64,000 nt of DNA, from the NCBI GenBank assembly GCA_035528715.1, contig DATKYB010000054.1:131-64130 (forward strand), read 5' to 3'. The position numbers and the translations under genes were made by a program. Positions 50,851 to 62,041 of this stretch are shown one piece after another; the stretch's first letter is position 1, and every line of letters begins with the position of its first letter. Origin of the DNA: Nitrospinota bacterium (GTDB taxonomy: Bacteria; JADFOP01; DATKYB01). The notes beneath the pieces were generated by a model. That model was not told where the DNA came from. It did no database searches and saw only the letters and a list, made by a program, of their open reading frames with translations.

Positions 50851-51438
50851 TTATAATTTCCCCTTTGTGGAAAGTACCCCTTTAATCCTTTGATCAATAG
50901 CTGTAGCCTGATCCAAAGCCTGCCCAAAGGCCTTGAATACAGCCTCTAAAATATGATGGGTGTTATCACCATAAATCTTATTTATATGGAGATCGATGCC
51001 ACAATTCCCAGCAAATGACCTAAAGAATTCCTCTGCCAGTTCAGTGTCAAACTCCCCCACCTTTTCTTTCTTCATCTTGACATTATAAACAAAGTTAGAT
51101 CTTCCGCTTAAATCTAATGTTACAGAAGCAAGAGACTCAATCATTGGTACAGTAGCATCTCCATATCTTTTTATGCCCTTTTTCTTATCTAATGCCTTCT
51201 CAAGGGCCTGCCCCAGACATATACCGATATCCTCTACCGTGTGGTGGTAATCAACATCAGTATCTCCTCTGGCCTTGAGTTCAATATCAAAGAATCCATG
51301 TTTTGCCACTAACGATATCATATGGTCCATAAAAGGAATACCAGAAGAGATCTCATGCTTCCCATTCCCATCTATTTTTAATTTAACTTCAATGTCAGTT
51401 TCTAAAGTGGATCTTTTTATTTTAGCCTCTCTATTCAT
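50851..51438 (-). CDS. hisB: Imidazoleglycerol-phosphate dehydratase HisB
   Basis: IGPD family, 195 aa, metal-binding His clusters (DYHHTVED; HHILEA). Confidence 0.95.
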   Translation of the reverse strand: MNREAKIKRSTLETDIEVKLKIDGNGKHEISSGIPFMDHMISLVAKHGFFDIELKARGDTDVDYHHTVEDIGICLGQALEKALDKKKGIKRYGDATVPMIESLASVTLDLSGRSNFVYNVKMKKEKVGEFDTELAEEFFRSFAGNCGIDLHINKIYGDNTHHILEAVFKAFGQALDQATAIDQRIKGVLSTKGKL

Positions 51439-51458
51439 TTTTTCCCCTCATGTTTAAG

Positions 51459-52523
51459 TTATGTTTTTAAACTCCTCTTTAGAACTTTAAGAAACTCACT
51501 GTTTTCTCTTTCTTGACCAATAGTTACTCTCAAGCAGTTTTCTAATAGTTCTATGTTATTTAAATTTTTTATCAGTATTCCATGCTCTAAGAGACTCCGC
51601 CAGATGTAATTAGCATTTCTTTTTTCTTTAAATAAAATAAAATTAGAATCTGTTGGATAAGGAATAATCCCTTCCAAATTCTCCATGCTAACAAATAATT
51701 TTTCTCTTTCCTTAAGAATAAGTTGAATCTGAGAATTGATGATCTCTTTGTGTCTCAATACAAACCCAGAGATTGCTTGAGAGATTATATTTACATTATA
51801 TGGAAGTTTCACTTTTATCAACTGTTCTACCAGTTCTCTACTAGCAATCATAATACCCACCCTTAAACCTGCCAGCCCAATCTTCGATAGACTCCTAAGA
51901 ATGATAAGATTTTTGAAATCTTTTAAATAGCGAATAAAGGTCTTTTGCGAAAAATCATAATATGCTTCATCCAAAACTACAATCCCATCAGATAAGTCTA
52001 TAACCTCTAACACTTTATCAATAGAAAAGCAGTTACCTGTAGGATTATTTGGGAAACTTAAAAAAGTTGTTCTCGGATGTTCTTCTTTAAGATATTTTTT
52101 AATCGTATCCAAATCTAAATCCCACTTATCGTTTAATGGAACCTTAACCGGAATTTTACCTAAAGCCAGAGATAAAATCTCATACATGGCAAAGGTAGGA
52201 ACCGGAAACAACACCTTTGCTTTAGATTCTCCAAAAGCTATCATAATAGATTGTATCAATTCGTCAGATCCATTGCCTATAATCAGTTGATCCATTTCTA
52301 TTTCAAGATCTTTACTGATAATCTCTTTCAACTTTACAGCATGGGGATCAGGATATCTATTAAAGGCGATGCCTTTTATCTCGCATAACAATCTTTCCTG
52401 AAATTCCTCTGGTAAGGAATATGTACTTTCATTGGCATCCAATTTAATCCTAACAGGAAAATCTTTTACTTCATAAGGTTTTAAATTTCTAATCTCTTCT
52501 CTTACAACCTCTTCTATCTTCAT
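51459..52523 (-). CDS. hisC: Histidinol-phosphate aminotransferase HisC
   Basis: Class II aminotransferase fold with the LSKIGLAG PLP-lysine region. Confidence 0.9.
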   Translation of the reverse strand: MKIEEVVREEIRNLKPYEVKDFPVRIKLDANESTYSLPEEFQERLLCEIKGIAFNRYPDPHAVKLKEIISKDLEIEMDQLIIGNGSDELIQSIMIAFGESKAKVLFPVPTFAMYEILSLALGKIPVKVPLNDKWDLDLDTIKKYLKEEHPRTTFLSFPNNPTGNCFSIDKVLEVIDLSDGIVVLDEAYYDFSQKTFIRYLKDFKNLIILRSLSKIGLAGLRVGIMIASRELVEQLIKVKLPYNVNIISQAISGFVLRHKEIINSQIQLILKEREKLFVSMENLEGIIPYPTDSNFILFKEKRNANYIWRSLLEHGILIKNLNNIELLENCLRVTIGQERENSEFLKVLKRSLKT

Positions 52524-52524
52524 T

Positions 52525-53817
52525 TCAGCTATTCAATCCTCTTATCTTTATTGAATGGGCATGGGCATCTAAACCCTCTAGGTTTGCAAAATGAAAAACC
52601 TTTTCACCAATTTCTTTAAAACCCTTGTCGGTAAAGAAGACAACGTTTGATCTCTTAATAAAATCATAAACCCCCAATGGAGAGAAAAATCTGCTCGTTC
52701 CACCTGTTGGAAGAACATGGTTTGGTCCAGCCATATAATCTCCTAAAACTTCTGGGGTATCAGAACCTAAAAAAATGGCTCCAGCATTCTTCACCTTTTT
52801 CAATAGATCAAATGGCTTCAAAACAAAAAGCTCCAAATGTTCAGGGGCTATCTCATTTACCAATGAGATCCCTTCTTTGAGGTCCTTCACAACCAATATC
52901 CATCCATTTTTATCTAAAGATTTTTTAATGATCTTCTTTCGAGAAAGTTTTTCCTTTTGTATATTTAATTCTCTGAGGACATCATTTGCCAATCCTTTTT
53001 CTGGGGTTATCAGCACAGTTAAAGCCATTTCATCATGTTCTGCTTGAGAAAGAAGGTCAGCCGCTATATAATCTGGCTTACCGGATTTATCAGCTAGTAT
53101 TACAATTTCGCTTGGACCAGCAATCATATCAATGTCCACATGCCCATAAACAAGCTTTTTGGCTGTAGCAACATAGATATTCCCTGGTCCTACTATCTTA
53201 TCGACTCTCTTAATATTCTCTGTTCCGTAAGCCATAGCTCCTATTGCCTGTGCACCCCCAATAAAATATATCTCTTCAATATCAATGATATCAGCTGCAA
53301 CTATAACATAAGGATTGATATCTCCTTCCTTTGTAGGAGTACACATAACGATCTCCTCGACACCAGCTACTTTAGCCGGTATGGCATTCATTAAAACAGA
53401 GGAGGGATAAGAAGCTTTTCCACCAGGGACATAAATACCGACCCTCCTTATAGGATTAATCGTCTGACCCAATGTAACACCTCTTTTATCAGTAGAAAGC
53501 CATGATTTCTCTCTCTGTCTCTTATGAAATCTCTCTATTCTTTTTGCTGCTTCTTTTAAAATGTAAACCAAACGTGGATCGGTTTTTTGATAAGCTTTTT
53601 TTATGTCCTTTTTTCTCAGTTTTAATGATGAAGGACTTAATTTTATACCATCATAAGTTTCAGTATACTTTATTAAAGCCTTATTACCATGCCTTCTTAA
53701 GTCTTTTAGAATCTTTAAAACCGTCTCGTCTACACAGCCGATTGACTGATCTGATCTATTAATAATTCTTTTTAAAGATTCTCTAACTCCCTTATCATTT
53801 GTATTTATGATTTTCAT
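52525..53817 (-). CDS. hisD: Histidinol dehydrogenase HisD
   Basis: 430 aa HDH family (AGPSEI..; QAEHD). Confidence 0.95.
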   Translation of the reverse strand: MKIINTNDKGVRESLKRIINRSDQSIGCVDETVLKILKDLRRHGNKALIKYTETYDGIKLSPSSLKLRKKDIKKAYQKTDPRLVYILKEAAKRIERFHKRQREKSWLSTDKRGVTLGQTINPIRRVGIYVPGGKASYPSSVLMNAIPAKVAGVEEIVMCTPTKEGDINPYVIVAADIIDIEEIYFIGGAQAIGAMAYGTENIKRVDKIVGPGNIYVATAKKLVYGHVDIDMIAGPSEIVILADKSGKPDYIAADLLSQAEHDEMALTVLITPEKGLANDVLRELNIQKEKLSRKKIIKKSLDKNGWILVVKDLKEGISLVNEIAPEHLELFVLKPFDLLKKVKNAGAIFLGSDTPEVLGDYMAGPNHVLPTGGTSRFFSPLGVYDFIKRSNVVFFTDKGFKEIGEKVFHFANLEGLDAHAHSIKIRGLNS

Positions 53818-53831
53818 TGAGAAGAATCCTT

Positions 53832-55082
53832 TTAAATTCTCTCTATATTCGCCCCTAAACTTTTCAATTTATTCTCTATCCTCTCATAGCCTCTGTCAAT
53901 ATGATAAATTCTGGAGATCGTCGTAGTCCCTTCAGCAACAAGGCCAGCTAGGATTAAGCAAGCACTGGCTCTTAGATCAGTAGCCATTAAAGGGGCACCA
54001 GTGAGTTTTTTAACCCCTTTAATAATAGCACTATTTCCTTCAATTGAAATATCAGCGCCCATCCTTTTAAGCTCAGCAATATGCATAAACCTATTTTCAA
54101 AAACTGTCTCAGATATAACGCTTATTCCATTAGCAATGGAAAGCAAAGACATAATCTGAGCCTGCATATCTGTGGGAAATCCTGGATAAGGAGCGGTTTT
54201 TACATCTACTGCTTTTATCTCTTTATTTCTCCTTACCTTAATCCAAGAATCACCTTCTACCACATCTGCACCCGTATCTTTCAGCTTAAGAATCAGAGAA
54301 AGAACATGTTTTGGAATACAATTTTTTATTAATACTTCACCGCCAGTAATAGCTGCAGCAATCATAAAAGTCCCTGTCTCAATCCGATCAGGAATAATTG
54401 AATGTTTAAATGAATGAAGGCTCTTCACCCCTTGAATCTTAATGGTATCAGTTCCGGCACCCGTGATTTTAGCTCCCATACTATTCAAGAGGTTCGCTAG
54501 GCCCTCAACCTCTGGCTCGCAGGCTGCATTCTCAATAACTGTTTGGCCTTCTGCCATAGATGCTGCCATAAGAATATTTTCTGTACCAGTCACAGTAGGT
54601 AAATCGAGATAGATATGCGCTCCTTTTAATTTTGGGGCTGAGATATTAACATAACCATGCTCAATCTTTATCTTGGAACCCAGAGCCTCTAGACCTTTAA
54701 GATGTAAATCAATCGGCCTTGCTCCAATCGCACAACCTCCTGGCAAAGAAACCCTTGCTCTTCCTAATCTCGCAACCAAAGGCCCTAAAACCAAAACAGA
54801 GGCCCTCATGGTTTTCACTAAATCATAAGGTGCTTCAATGTTATTAATCTCTGATGGATCTATAGTGAATTTCCCTTTGTTGTTATCTGCAATCTTGGCA
54901 CCTAATACCTCAAGGAGTTTAAATATAGTTTTAACATCAATGAGTTTTGGGACATTTTCTAGAAAACATTTTTCCTTAGTAAGAATGGAAGCGGCTATAA
55001 TAGGAAGGGCGGAATTCTTTGCTCCACTGATTTCAATAGAACCCTGTAATGATATACCACCTTTTACTATTATCTGATCCAC
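53832..55082 (-). CDS. murA: UDP-N-acetylglucosamine 1-carboxyvinyltransferase MurA
   Basis: EPSP-synthase-like fold; active-site loop with Cys in [10 protein letters not shown]. Confidence 0.95.
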   Translation of the reverse strand: MDQIIVKGGISLQGSIEISGAKNSALPIIAASILTKEKCFLENVPKLIDVKTIFKLLEVLGAKIADNNKGKFTIDPSEINNIEAPYDLVKTMRASVLVLGPLVARLGRARVSLPGGCAIGARPIDLHLKGLEALGSKIKIEHGYVNISAPKLKGAHIYLDLPTVTGTENILMAASMAEGQTVIENAACEPEVEGLANLLNSMGAKITGAGTDTIKIQGVKSLHSFKHSIIPDRIETGTFMIAAAITGGEVLIKNCIPKHVLSLILKLKDTGADVVEGDSWIKVRRNKEIKAVDVKTAPYPGFPTDMQAQIMSLLSIANGISVISETVFENRFMHIAELKRMGADISIEGNSAIIKGVKKLTGAPLMATDLRASACLILAGLVAEGTTTISRIYHIDRGYERIENKLKSLGANIERI

Positions 55083-55091
55083 ATTATAAAC

Positions 55092-55982
55092 CTATTGTTT
55101 TACTTTTTGAGCCATGATTACCCTTTCAATCCCTGCTAGGTCTCTTTTAACTCTGATATTAGCATAAAGGCCTCTGTTTTCAATCATTCGCTGCACAGAG
55201 TCTCTCTGGTCTTTTCCAATCTCAAGAAGTAAAAAACCTTTATCTTTTAGAAAATAAGGAGATTTTATAATTATCTCATTTATGTAATCTAACCCACCTC
55301 TTCCTCCGTTTAAAGAATCAATCGGTTCAAAATCCTTGACCTCTTTTGAGAGTCTTTTGAGCTCATGAACAGATACATATGGAGGATTAGAGACGATTAT
55401 ATCAAAACAACCCTTTTTGAAACCCAAATCCTTGCAAAAATCTCCCTTAATGAGTAGAGTCCTATCCTGAACAGAATGTAATATCAGATTTTCTTTAGCG
55501 ACTTTCAGAGCTTTTTCTGATTGATCAAGGGCATAGACAAAACAGTTTTTAAGCTCTTTAGTTAATGCTACGGGAATATTCCCGCATCCTGTTCCAAGGT
55601 CTAAAATCTTTATTTCTCTTTTTATATTTAAACTTTCTAGACCGTATTCTTCTACAATTTCCAATGCTCCTTCAATCAAAAACTCTGTTTCAGGTCTAGG
55701 TATCAATACATCTTTATTTATCTTAAAAATTAAAGACCAAAACTCCTTTTCGCCAATAATATAATGGACGGGCTCCTTCGATGCCCTCCTTTTAATTAAA
55801 GACTTAAACCTTCTCAGGTCTTTATTGCCTAAAACGCTTTGGTGTTCTAATAAAAGCCTCAATCTGTCTAAGCCAAGTGTATTGGCTAATAAGACCTCGG
55901 AGTCTAAACGCGGGCTCTTTATACCTTTTTTTTGGAGCACAGTAATACCCCATTGCAGAGAATCACGTAGGGTCAATGACAT
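55092..55982 (-). CDS. prmC: Release factor glutamine N5-methyltransferase PrmC (HemK). Start placed at the ATG at 55982; the track start at 55991 is GTG.
   Basis: NPPY motif (IVSNPPYV) and SAM-binding motif I (ILDLGTGCG). Confidence 0.9.
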   Translation of the reverse strand: MSLTLRDSLQWGITVLQKKGIKSPRLDSEVLLANTLGLDRLRLLLEHQSVLGNKDLRRFKSLIKRRASKEPVHYIIGEKEFWSLIFKINKDVLIPRPETEFLIEGALEIVEEYGLESLNIKREIKILDLGTGCGNIPVALTKELKNCFVYALDQSEKALKVAKENLILHSVQDRTLLIKGDFCKDLGFKKGCFDIIVSNPPYVSVHELKRLSKEVKDFEPIDSLNGGRGGLDYINEIIIKSPYFLKDKGFLLLEIGKDQRDSVQRMIENRGLYANIRVKRDLAGIERVIMAQKVKQ

Positions 55983-55993
55983 AAAAAACACCC

Positions 55994-57124
55994 TTATCTT
56001 TTTGGTTCTAACAATGAATTGCTGGTCTTTTTGTTCTTATCTAGATTGGTATTTTTATCCTCGATGTTCTTGAGCCTCTCTAAATCATAAGCTTCTGTCA
56101 GCCCCTCTATTATTTCATCTAACTCCCCTTCCATTATCGATTCTAACTTGTAAAGGGTAAGGTTAATTCTATGGTCTGTTACTCTCCCTTGGGGGAAATT
56201 ATATGTTCTTATCCGCTCACTTCTATCACCACTTCCAACTTGAATCTTTCTCTTTTGAGATATCTCAGCCTGTTGATTTCGTTTTAGCTCATCAAGGATA
56301 CGTGCCCTTAGAATCTTCATGGCTTTCGCTTTATTCTTATGTTGAGATTTTTCGTCCTGACATGTAACCACAATCCCTGTTGGAACATGAGTGATTCTTA
56401 CAGCAGAATCAGTTGTGTTAACGCTTTGTCCTCCAGGTCCTGAGGAACGAAAGACATCCACTCTTATATCATTATCATTTATATCAACGTCTACCTCCTC
56501 TGCCTCTGGAAGTATAGCGACAGTTACTGCTGAGGTATGAACCCTACCTGAAGCTTCTGTAATAGGTATCCTTTGAACCCTGTGGGTTCCACTTTCAAAC
56601 TTCAATCTACTAAAGACATCTTTACCTAAAATCGAAAGGATAACCTCCTTAAAACCTCCGACCCCTCTAATGTGTCCACTTAAAACCTCCATCTTGAAGC
56701 CCTGTTTTTCACAATATTTCGAATACATTCTAAAGAGATCTAATGCAAAGAGAGCGGCTTCTTCTCCACCGGTTCCAGCCCTTATTTCTAAAATAACATT
56801 TTTTTTATCTTCAGAATCTATAGGGGTCAATAGCATCTTAAGTTCATGTTCTAATTGGTTTTGTTTCTCTTTAAGCTCTTTTAATTCTAACTCTGCTAGT
56901 TCTTTTAAATCACTGTCTTCCTCATCTCTTAAGAGCTTCTCATCATCATCTATTTGACTAAGAACATGCTTAAGTTTCCTATATTTGTTAACAATCTTTG
57001 AGATCTCTGAGTGCTCTTTTGCATAGCGGTGAAAATCTTCTTGATTGTATTTCACCGAAGATCCGCTCATCAAATTGTTTAACTCTTCAAATCTTTTCTC
57101 TATATTGTCTAACTTTTGATACAT
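55994..57124 (-). CDS. prfA: Peptide chain release factor 1. Start placed at the ATG at 57124, preceded by AGGAAGAG; the track start at 57145 is TTG.
   Basis: GGQ motif ([13 protein letters not shown]) and the PxT-type recognition region; immediately upstream of prmC. Confidence 0.95.
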   Translation of the reverse strand: MYQKLDNIEKRFEELNNLMSGSSVKYNQEDFHRYAKEHSEISKIVNKYRKLKHVLSQIDDDEKLLRDEEDSDLKELAELELKELKEKQNQLEHELKMLLTPIDSEDKKNVILEIRAGTGGEEAALFALDLFRMYSKYCEKQGFKMEVLSGHIRGVGGFKEVILSILGKDVFSRLKFESGTHRVQRIPITEASGRVHTSAVTVAILPEAEEVDVDINDNDIRVDVFRSSGPGGQSVNTTDSAVRITHVPTGIVVTCQDEKSQHKNKAKAMKILRARILDELKRNQQAEISQKRKIQVGSGDRSERIRTYNFPQGRVTDHRINLTLYKLESIMEGELDEIIEGLTEAYDLERLKNIEDKNTNLDKNKKTSNSLLEPKR

Positions 57125-57145
57125 TATCTCTTCCTGAACCAACAA

Positions 57146-57352
57146 TCATTTTTTTATTTTTTTATACTTACTTTTAAATCTCTCAACCCTTCCAGCAGTA
57201 TCAATTAACTTCTGCTTTCCTGTAAAAAAGGGATGGCATTTTGAACATATCTCAACCTTTAACTCTTTTTTGGTTGATCTCGTTTGAATAACCTCCCCGC
57301 AGGCACAGGTTATTGTTGCATCAACATATTCTGGATGAATCTTAGCTTTCAA
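57146..57352 (-). CDS. rpmE: 50S ribosomal protein L31 (zinc-ribbon form)
   Basis: 68 aa, CxC...CxxC pattern (TCACGEV...[10 protein letters not shown]). Confidence 0.9.
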   Translation of the reverse strand: MKAKIHPEYVDATITCACGEVIQTRSTKKELKVEICSKCHPFFTGKQKLIDTAGRVERFKSKYKKIKK

Positions 57353-57535
57353 TTTACTAACCTCCTCTAATTTTAATGAATTAACTAATTAAACTAATTA
57401 TTTTAGTTTACTAAATTTAAAATGCAATAAAAAAATAATGTAAATTTGATTATCAAAGCTTTTTAATAAATACTTGATGGAGTGAAAGATATGAATGGGT
57501 ATGATCCAGAAGCCTCGTTTTATCGGTCAATAAAT

Positions 57536-58783
57536 CTAGCTATTCATAGAATCTAAAAATTCTTTATTTGTTTTTGTTTTTTTGATTCTCTCAGAGATCA
57601 ATTCCATGCATTCAACAACATTCAATTGACTTAAAACCTTTCTAAGAACCCATACTCTATTGAGTTCTTCTGATACCAGAAGAAGCTCTTCCTTTCTTGT
57701 TCCTGAACGATGGATATCTAAAGCAGGAAAAATTCTTTTATCAACCAACTTTCTGTCTAGATGCAATTCCATATTCCCTGTTCCTTTAAACTCCTCAAAG
57801 ATAACATCATCCATCCTGCTACCAGTCTCTATGAGGGCTGTAGCGATGATCGTCAAACTACCCCCTTCTTCTATATTTCTTGCTGCACCAAAAAATCTTT
57901 TAGGCCTTTGTAAAGCATTTGAATCTACACCTCCTGAGAGGACCTTTCCGCTAGGGGGAACAATAGCATTATATGCTCTGGCTAGCCGCGTTATACTATC
58001 AAGTAGTATCACAACATCCTTTTTGTGTTCTACAAGCCTTTTGGCCTTTTCGATAACCATCTCAGCTACCTGTACATGTCTTTCATAGGACTCATCAAAT
58101 GTAGAACTTACCACCTCTCCTTTCACAGAACGCTCCATATCAGTTACTTCTTCAGGCCTTTCGTCTATCAACAAAACGATCAAGATTATATCTGGATGAT
58201 TGGTCGTAATGCTTCTAGCAATTGACTGAAGTAACATTGTTTTTCCAGTTCGAGGCGGAGCAACAATCAATCCCCTCTGGCCTTTGCCTATCGGAGTCAA
58301 CAGATCCATAATCCGTGTGGAATAATCGCCATTGCTCATTTCTAAATGAATCCTCTCTTGAGGATAGAGTGGTGTCAAATCATCAAAAAATATCTTATCT
58401 TTAGCATTATCTGGATTATCAAAGTTTACAGCTTCAACCTTTAACAAGGCAAAATATTTCTCACTATTTTTCGGTGGTCTAATCTGGCCCGAAATGGAAT
58501 CACCTGTGTGAAGATCAAACTTTCTGATTTGAGAGGGAGATATATAAATATCGTCTGGTCCAGGAAGATAATTGTAGCTCGGGGCTCTTAGAAATCCATA
58601 ACCTTCTGATAATGTCTCTAACACCCCTTCCCCGAAGATCAATCCATTCTTCTTTGCACGTCCTTCTAATATCCTGAAGATGAGTTCTTGTTTTCGTAAA
58701 CTGCTTGCACCGGCTATATTAAAATCTTTCGCAATTTTCAACAATTCAGATATCGTTTTTCTTTTAAGCTCATCAATATTCAT
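57536..58783 (-). CDS. rho: Transcription termination factor Rho
   Basis: N-terminal OB/RNA-binding domain and a RecA-like ATPase domain (Walker A PPRTGKT), 415 aa. Confidence 0.95.
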   Translation of the reverse strand: MNIDELKRKTISELLKIAKDFNIAGASSLRKQELIFRILEGRAKKNGLIFGEGVLETLSEGYGFLRAPSYNYLPGPDDIYISPSQIRKFDLHTGDSISGQIRPPKNSEKYFALLKVEAVNFDNPDNAKDKIFFDDLTPLYPQERIHLEMSNGDYSTRIMDLLTPIGKGQRGLIVAPPRTGKTMLLQSIARSITTNHPDIILIVLLIDERPEEVTDMERSVKGEVVSSTFDESYERHVQVAEMVIEKAKRLVEHKKDVVILLDSITRLARAYNAIVPPSGKVLSGGVDSNALQRPKRFFGAARNIEEGGSLTIIATALIETGSRMDDVIFEEFKGTGNMELHLDRKLVDKRIFPALDIHRSGTRKEELLLVSEELNRVWVLRKVLSQLNVVECMELISERIKKTKTNKEFLDSMNS

Positions 58784-59057
58784 TAAAAATATTTCCTTTT
58801 AAAGACTCATTAGTATTTCTCTCATGAAAGATATAAGAAATGTCATTAAAAAGATAACTTGAAATATAGATATTCCATTCTTTGGATTGAAAGAAATAGT
58901 AGATTTGTATCAGATACCTAATAATTCATTATATATACTATTCAACCTTCGAAAAACTTTAAATCGTGGATTTCTCATAAGAGTATTTTTTAGAAGGTTA
59001 TTTAAGGGATAATCAAATATAATATACATATATACTTTTGTCAACACCTTTTTTACA

Positions 59058-60767
59058 TTACTGCGAAGGAAGGAAAATTTGAAAAGCAGTCCCTTCCCCT
59101 GGTTTACTCTTTACCTCTATGATTCCTTTATGATTCTCAATGATCCTACAGACTATTGCTAATCCTAATCCATTACCTCCCTCTTTAGTCGTATAAAAAG
59201 GTTCAAATATCTTTCCAATGTCTTGTTGAGAAATCCCAGTTCCACTGTCCTTAATATTGATCTCTATAAACTTATTTATATTTTCTCTGTCTACTAATTT
59301 TCTAGAAGGAATCTTACTTCTTTCATTATCATCACAATAATGAGTCTCAATCCTGAGAACACCACCCTCTGGCATTGCCTGTGCACTATTTAAATACAAA
59401 TTCCAAAAAACCTGCTTTATCTGTTTTGGATCTACCATTGCATTAATCTTTTTTTGTTTAAAATCTGTAGATATTTCGATATCTGACCGATACTCTTTGT
59501 TGTTTTTGAACAGCCCAATGGTCTCATTAATAATCTCATTTATATTATAGCTGCCAACAACTAAAGGTACTGGACGAGCATAATTTAAAAAATTAGAAAT
59601 GATCGTATTCAATCTCTCTGCCTCTCGAATCACAATGTCCATTAATTGTCTATCAGCCTTTTTCAATCCAAAGGTATCTTTTAAGAGTTGGACCGACCCA
59701 CTGATAGAAGTTAAAGGATTCCTGATCTCATGAGCAATCCCTGCAGCTATTTCTCCGACCGCAGCTAATCTATCTTTTTTTCTTATCTTTTCTTCCATCT
59801 CCTTTAATAGTGTAATGTCTTGAAAAATACCGATGATTCCCTGAATCGTATTTTTTTCATCCCTAAAAGAAGAAAAACTCATTCCTAAAAAGATCTCTTT
59901 TTTATCTTTTCTCTTAAAAATTCCTTCATATCTTTTTGGATCAGTGCTATCTAAAGAGATGTTTCTCGTACTATCGGATAGATCTGGTAAAACAAAAACC
60001 TCATAAAAGAATTTTCCAATGACCTCGTTTTTTTCATAACTGGTCAATTTCTCTGCAGTTTTATTAAAAAAGTTTATCTTTCTATTAATATCAGTGGTAA
60101 ATAAGCCGCTTTCTATACTATTTACAATATTTTCATTAAAGCTCTGGAGCTTGATAAGATGATCCTTTTCCCGCCTCAGTTCCTTTCCTGTGATCTTCAG
60201 CCTTTCTGAAAGATTTCCACTTAAGAATGCAACCAGGAAAAATGCTAAGATATTAAAAAATACTAAGTAAAATACATATCCTGGGTCTAAGGAACTCAAA
60301 ATCTTCCCATAAAAAGAGGCAGGGGATATAAAATTATATAACTCCAGATTTGCCATAGTGCCATATATTACACTGGAAAAAGAGGCAATAATATATCCCC
60401 CTTTTCTTGAAATGATTATGCTTGCGGTTATGATTGAAAATATATATAAAAATGAAAGGGTACTTTGAACACCCCCTGTGACATAATTCACTCCTGCTTC
60501 TATGATTATATCTCCGATGATCTGGACATAAGAGAATAAGATCAGATTCTTTATATTCCTTAATAGAATGGCATATAAAATGGTCAAAAAATAGGTAAGA
60601 CCTATAAGAAAGCTTATATGAATAAGGGCTGGAATTTCACCCCCTTTTTTCTGGAAAATAACTACTACTCCAAGAAAAAGGGTAAGAAATATAACCCTCA
60701 ATAACATTAAGGTTTTTAACCTTCTTTGAAGTTCATTATCGGAAGTATCTGATTGGCTATCAGTCAT
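59058..60767 (-). CDS. Membrane-bound PAS-domain sensor histidine kinase (NtrB/PilS-like)
   Basis: About 6 N-terminal transmembrane helices, a PAS-like segment, DHp with AHEIRNPL, and HATPase_c N/G boxes (NLYLNSAQAM ... DSGTGI ... GGNGLGL). Confidence 0.85.
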   Translation of the reverse strand: MTDSQSDTSDNELQRRLKTLMLLRVIFLTLFLGVVVIFQKKGGEIPALIHISFLIGLTYFLTILYAILLRNIKNLILFSYVQIIGDIIIEAGVNYVTGGVQSTLSFLYIFSIITASIIISRKGGYIIASFSSVIYGTMANLELYNFISPASFYGKILSSLDPGYVFYLVFFNILAFFLVAFLSGNLSERLKITGKELRREKDHLIKLQSFNENIVNSIESGLFTTDINRKINFFNKTAEKLTSYEKNEVIGKFFYEVFVLPDLSDSTRNISLDSTDPKRYEGIFKRKDKKEIFLGMSFSSFRDEKNTIQGIIGIFQDITLLKEMEEKIRKKDRLAAVGEIAAGIAHEIRNPLTSISGSVQLLKDTFGLKKADRQLMDIVIREAERLNTIISNFLNYARPVPLVVGSYNINEIINETIGLFKNNKEYRSDIEISTDFKQKKINAMVDPKQIKQVFWNLYLNSAQAMPEGGVLRIETHYCDDNERSKIPSRKLVDRENINKFIEINIKDSGTGISQQDIGKIFEPFYTTKEGGNGLGLAIVCRIIENHKGIIEVKSKPGEGTAFQIFLPSQ

Positions 60768-60807
60768 TATTGGATAATGTCCTCTGGAGGGTTAATGAAT
60801 TTTAAAT

Positions 60808-62019
60808 TTACTTTATAAAAGTGGCTAATTTAAAAATAGGAAGATACATAGCGACAACAACAAATCCAATAATAACCCCAAGAAATGCCATAATCAAAGG
60901 CTCTAAAAGGGAAGTAAGGCCAGCCACCGATGCATCTACTTCTTCCTCATAAAAATCTGCGATCTTTGAAAGCATGGTATCTAATGCCCCTGTGTTTTCT
61001 CCCACGTTTATCATCTGAACGACCATCGGAGGAAATACCTTTTTCCTACTTAATGGCTCTGCAATGGTCTGTCCTTCTTTTATGCTCGATATAGCAGAAA
61101 TTACAGCCCCTTCTACTACCTTATTGCCAGAGGTTTTAGCCGTTATTTCTAAGCCCTCTATAATGGGTACGCCGCTACTTACCAAGGTCCCCAAAGTCCT
61201 CGTAAATTTTGCTACTGCCACTTTTTGAATCAAAGTGCCGAATATGGGAAGCTTTAAAAGTGTCGAGTCAACAGAGCGCCTTACCTTTAAATTTCTCTTA
61301 TATAAGTGACGAAAGAAAACCATCGCTCCGATTGTAAAAGCCAGAATAAAGAGTATATAGCTCGTCATAAAGTTACTGAGACCAATAACTATTCTCGTGT
61401 ATATAGGAAGTGTTTGACCAAACCCAGCAAACATCTGAGCAAAAATTGGGATAACGAATATCATTAAAAATATGACGACTAAGATTGCAATACAAATAAT
61501 ACTGGCAGGGTAAACAAGCGCAGACTTAATCTTTTTCTTAAGAGAAATGGACTTTTCCATATATGCAGACAGCCTATTTAATATGGTATCTAAGACACCC
61601 CCTGTCTCACCTGCTTCAACCATATTAGTATAAAGTTCGCTGAATACATTTGGATGTTTTCTCAAGGATTCATTGAATGTGGCCCCGGATTCCACATTCT
61701 CTTTTATCTGATTGATGATCTTACCAAAGGCTTTGTTATCCGTCTGAGTTCCTAATATATCTAAACATTGAACTAAAGGAAGGCCAGCATCTATCATCGT
61801 AGCAAACTGTCTTGTAAAGATAACGATATCCTTATCCTTGATTTTCTTACCCAGCGTCGGTATCTTTATCTCGATACCCTTTGATTTTTTCTTGATAGAT
61901 TGAACAGTTATATTTCTACGACGCAAAATAGCGGCTGCAGCAAGCCTGTCTTTGGCTTCAACCTCTCCCTCTTGAACGGTTCCTGACCTTGTTTTTCCAA
62001 CATATTTAAAAGAAGGCAT
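60808..62019 (-). CDS. pilC: Type IV pilus assembly platform protein PilC (GspF family)
   Basis: Two GspF repeats, three transmembrane segments, 403 aa. Confidence 0.9.
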   Translation of the reverse strand: MPSFKYVGKTRSGTVQEGEVEAKDRLAAAAILRRRNITVQSIKKKSKGIEIKIPTLGKKIKDKDIVIFTRQFATMIDAGLPLVQCLDILGTQTDNKAFGKIINQIKENVESGATFNESLRKHPNVFSELYTNMVEAGETGGVLDTILNRLSAYMEKSISLKKKIKSALVYPASIICIAILVVIFLMIFVIPIFAQMFAGFGQTLPIYTRIVIGLSNFMTSYILFILAFTIGAMVFFRHLYKRNLKVRRSVDSTLLKLPIFGTLIQKVAVAKFTRTLGTLVSSGVPIIEGLEITAKTSGNKVVEGAVISAISSIKEGQTIAEPLSRKKVFPPMVVQMINVGENTGALDTMLSKIADFYEEEVDASVAGLTSLLEPLIMAFLGVIIGFVVVAMYLPIFKLATFIK

Positions 62020-62041
62020 GATTTAACCCCCGATCAGATTC

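Noticed and set aside
59066-59100. GGAAGG...CCTTCC inverted repeat that looked like a terminator for the sensor kinase
   Set aside because: It lies inside the 3' end of the kinase coding sequence (…GEGTAFQIFLPSQ), not downstream of its stop.
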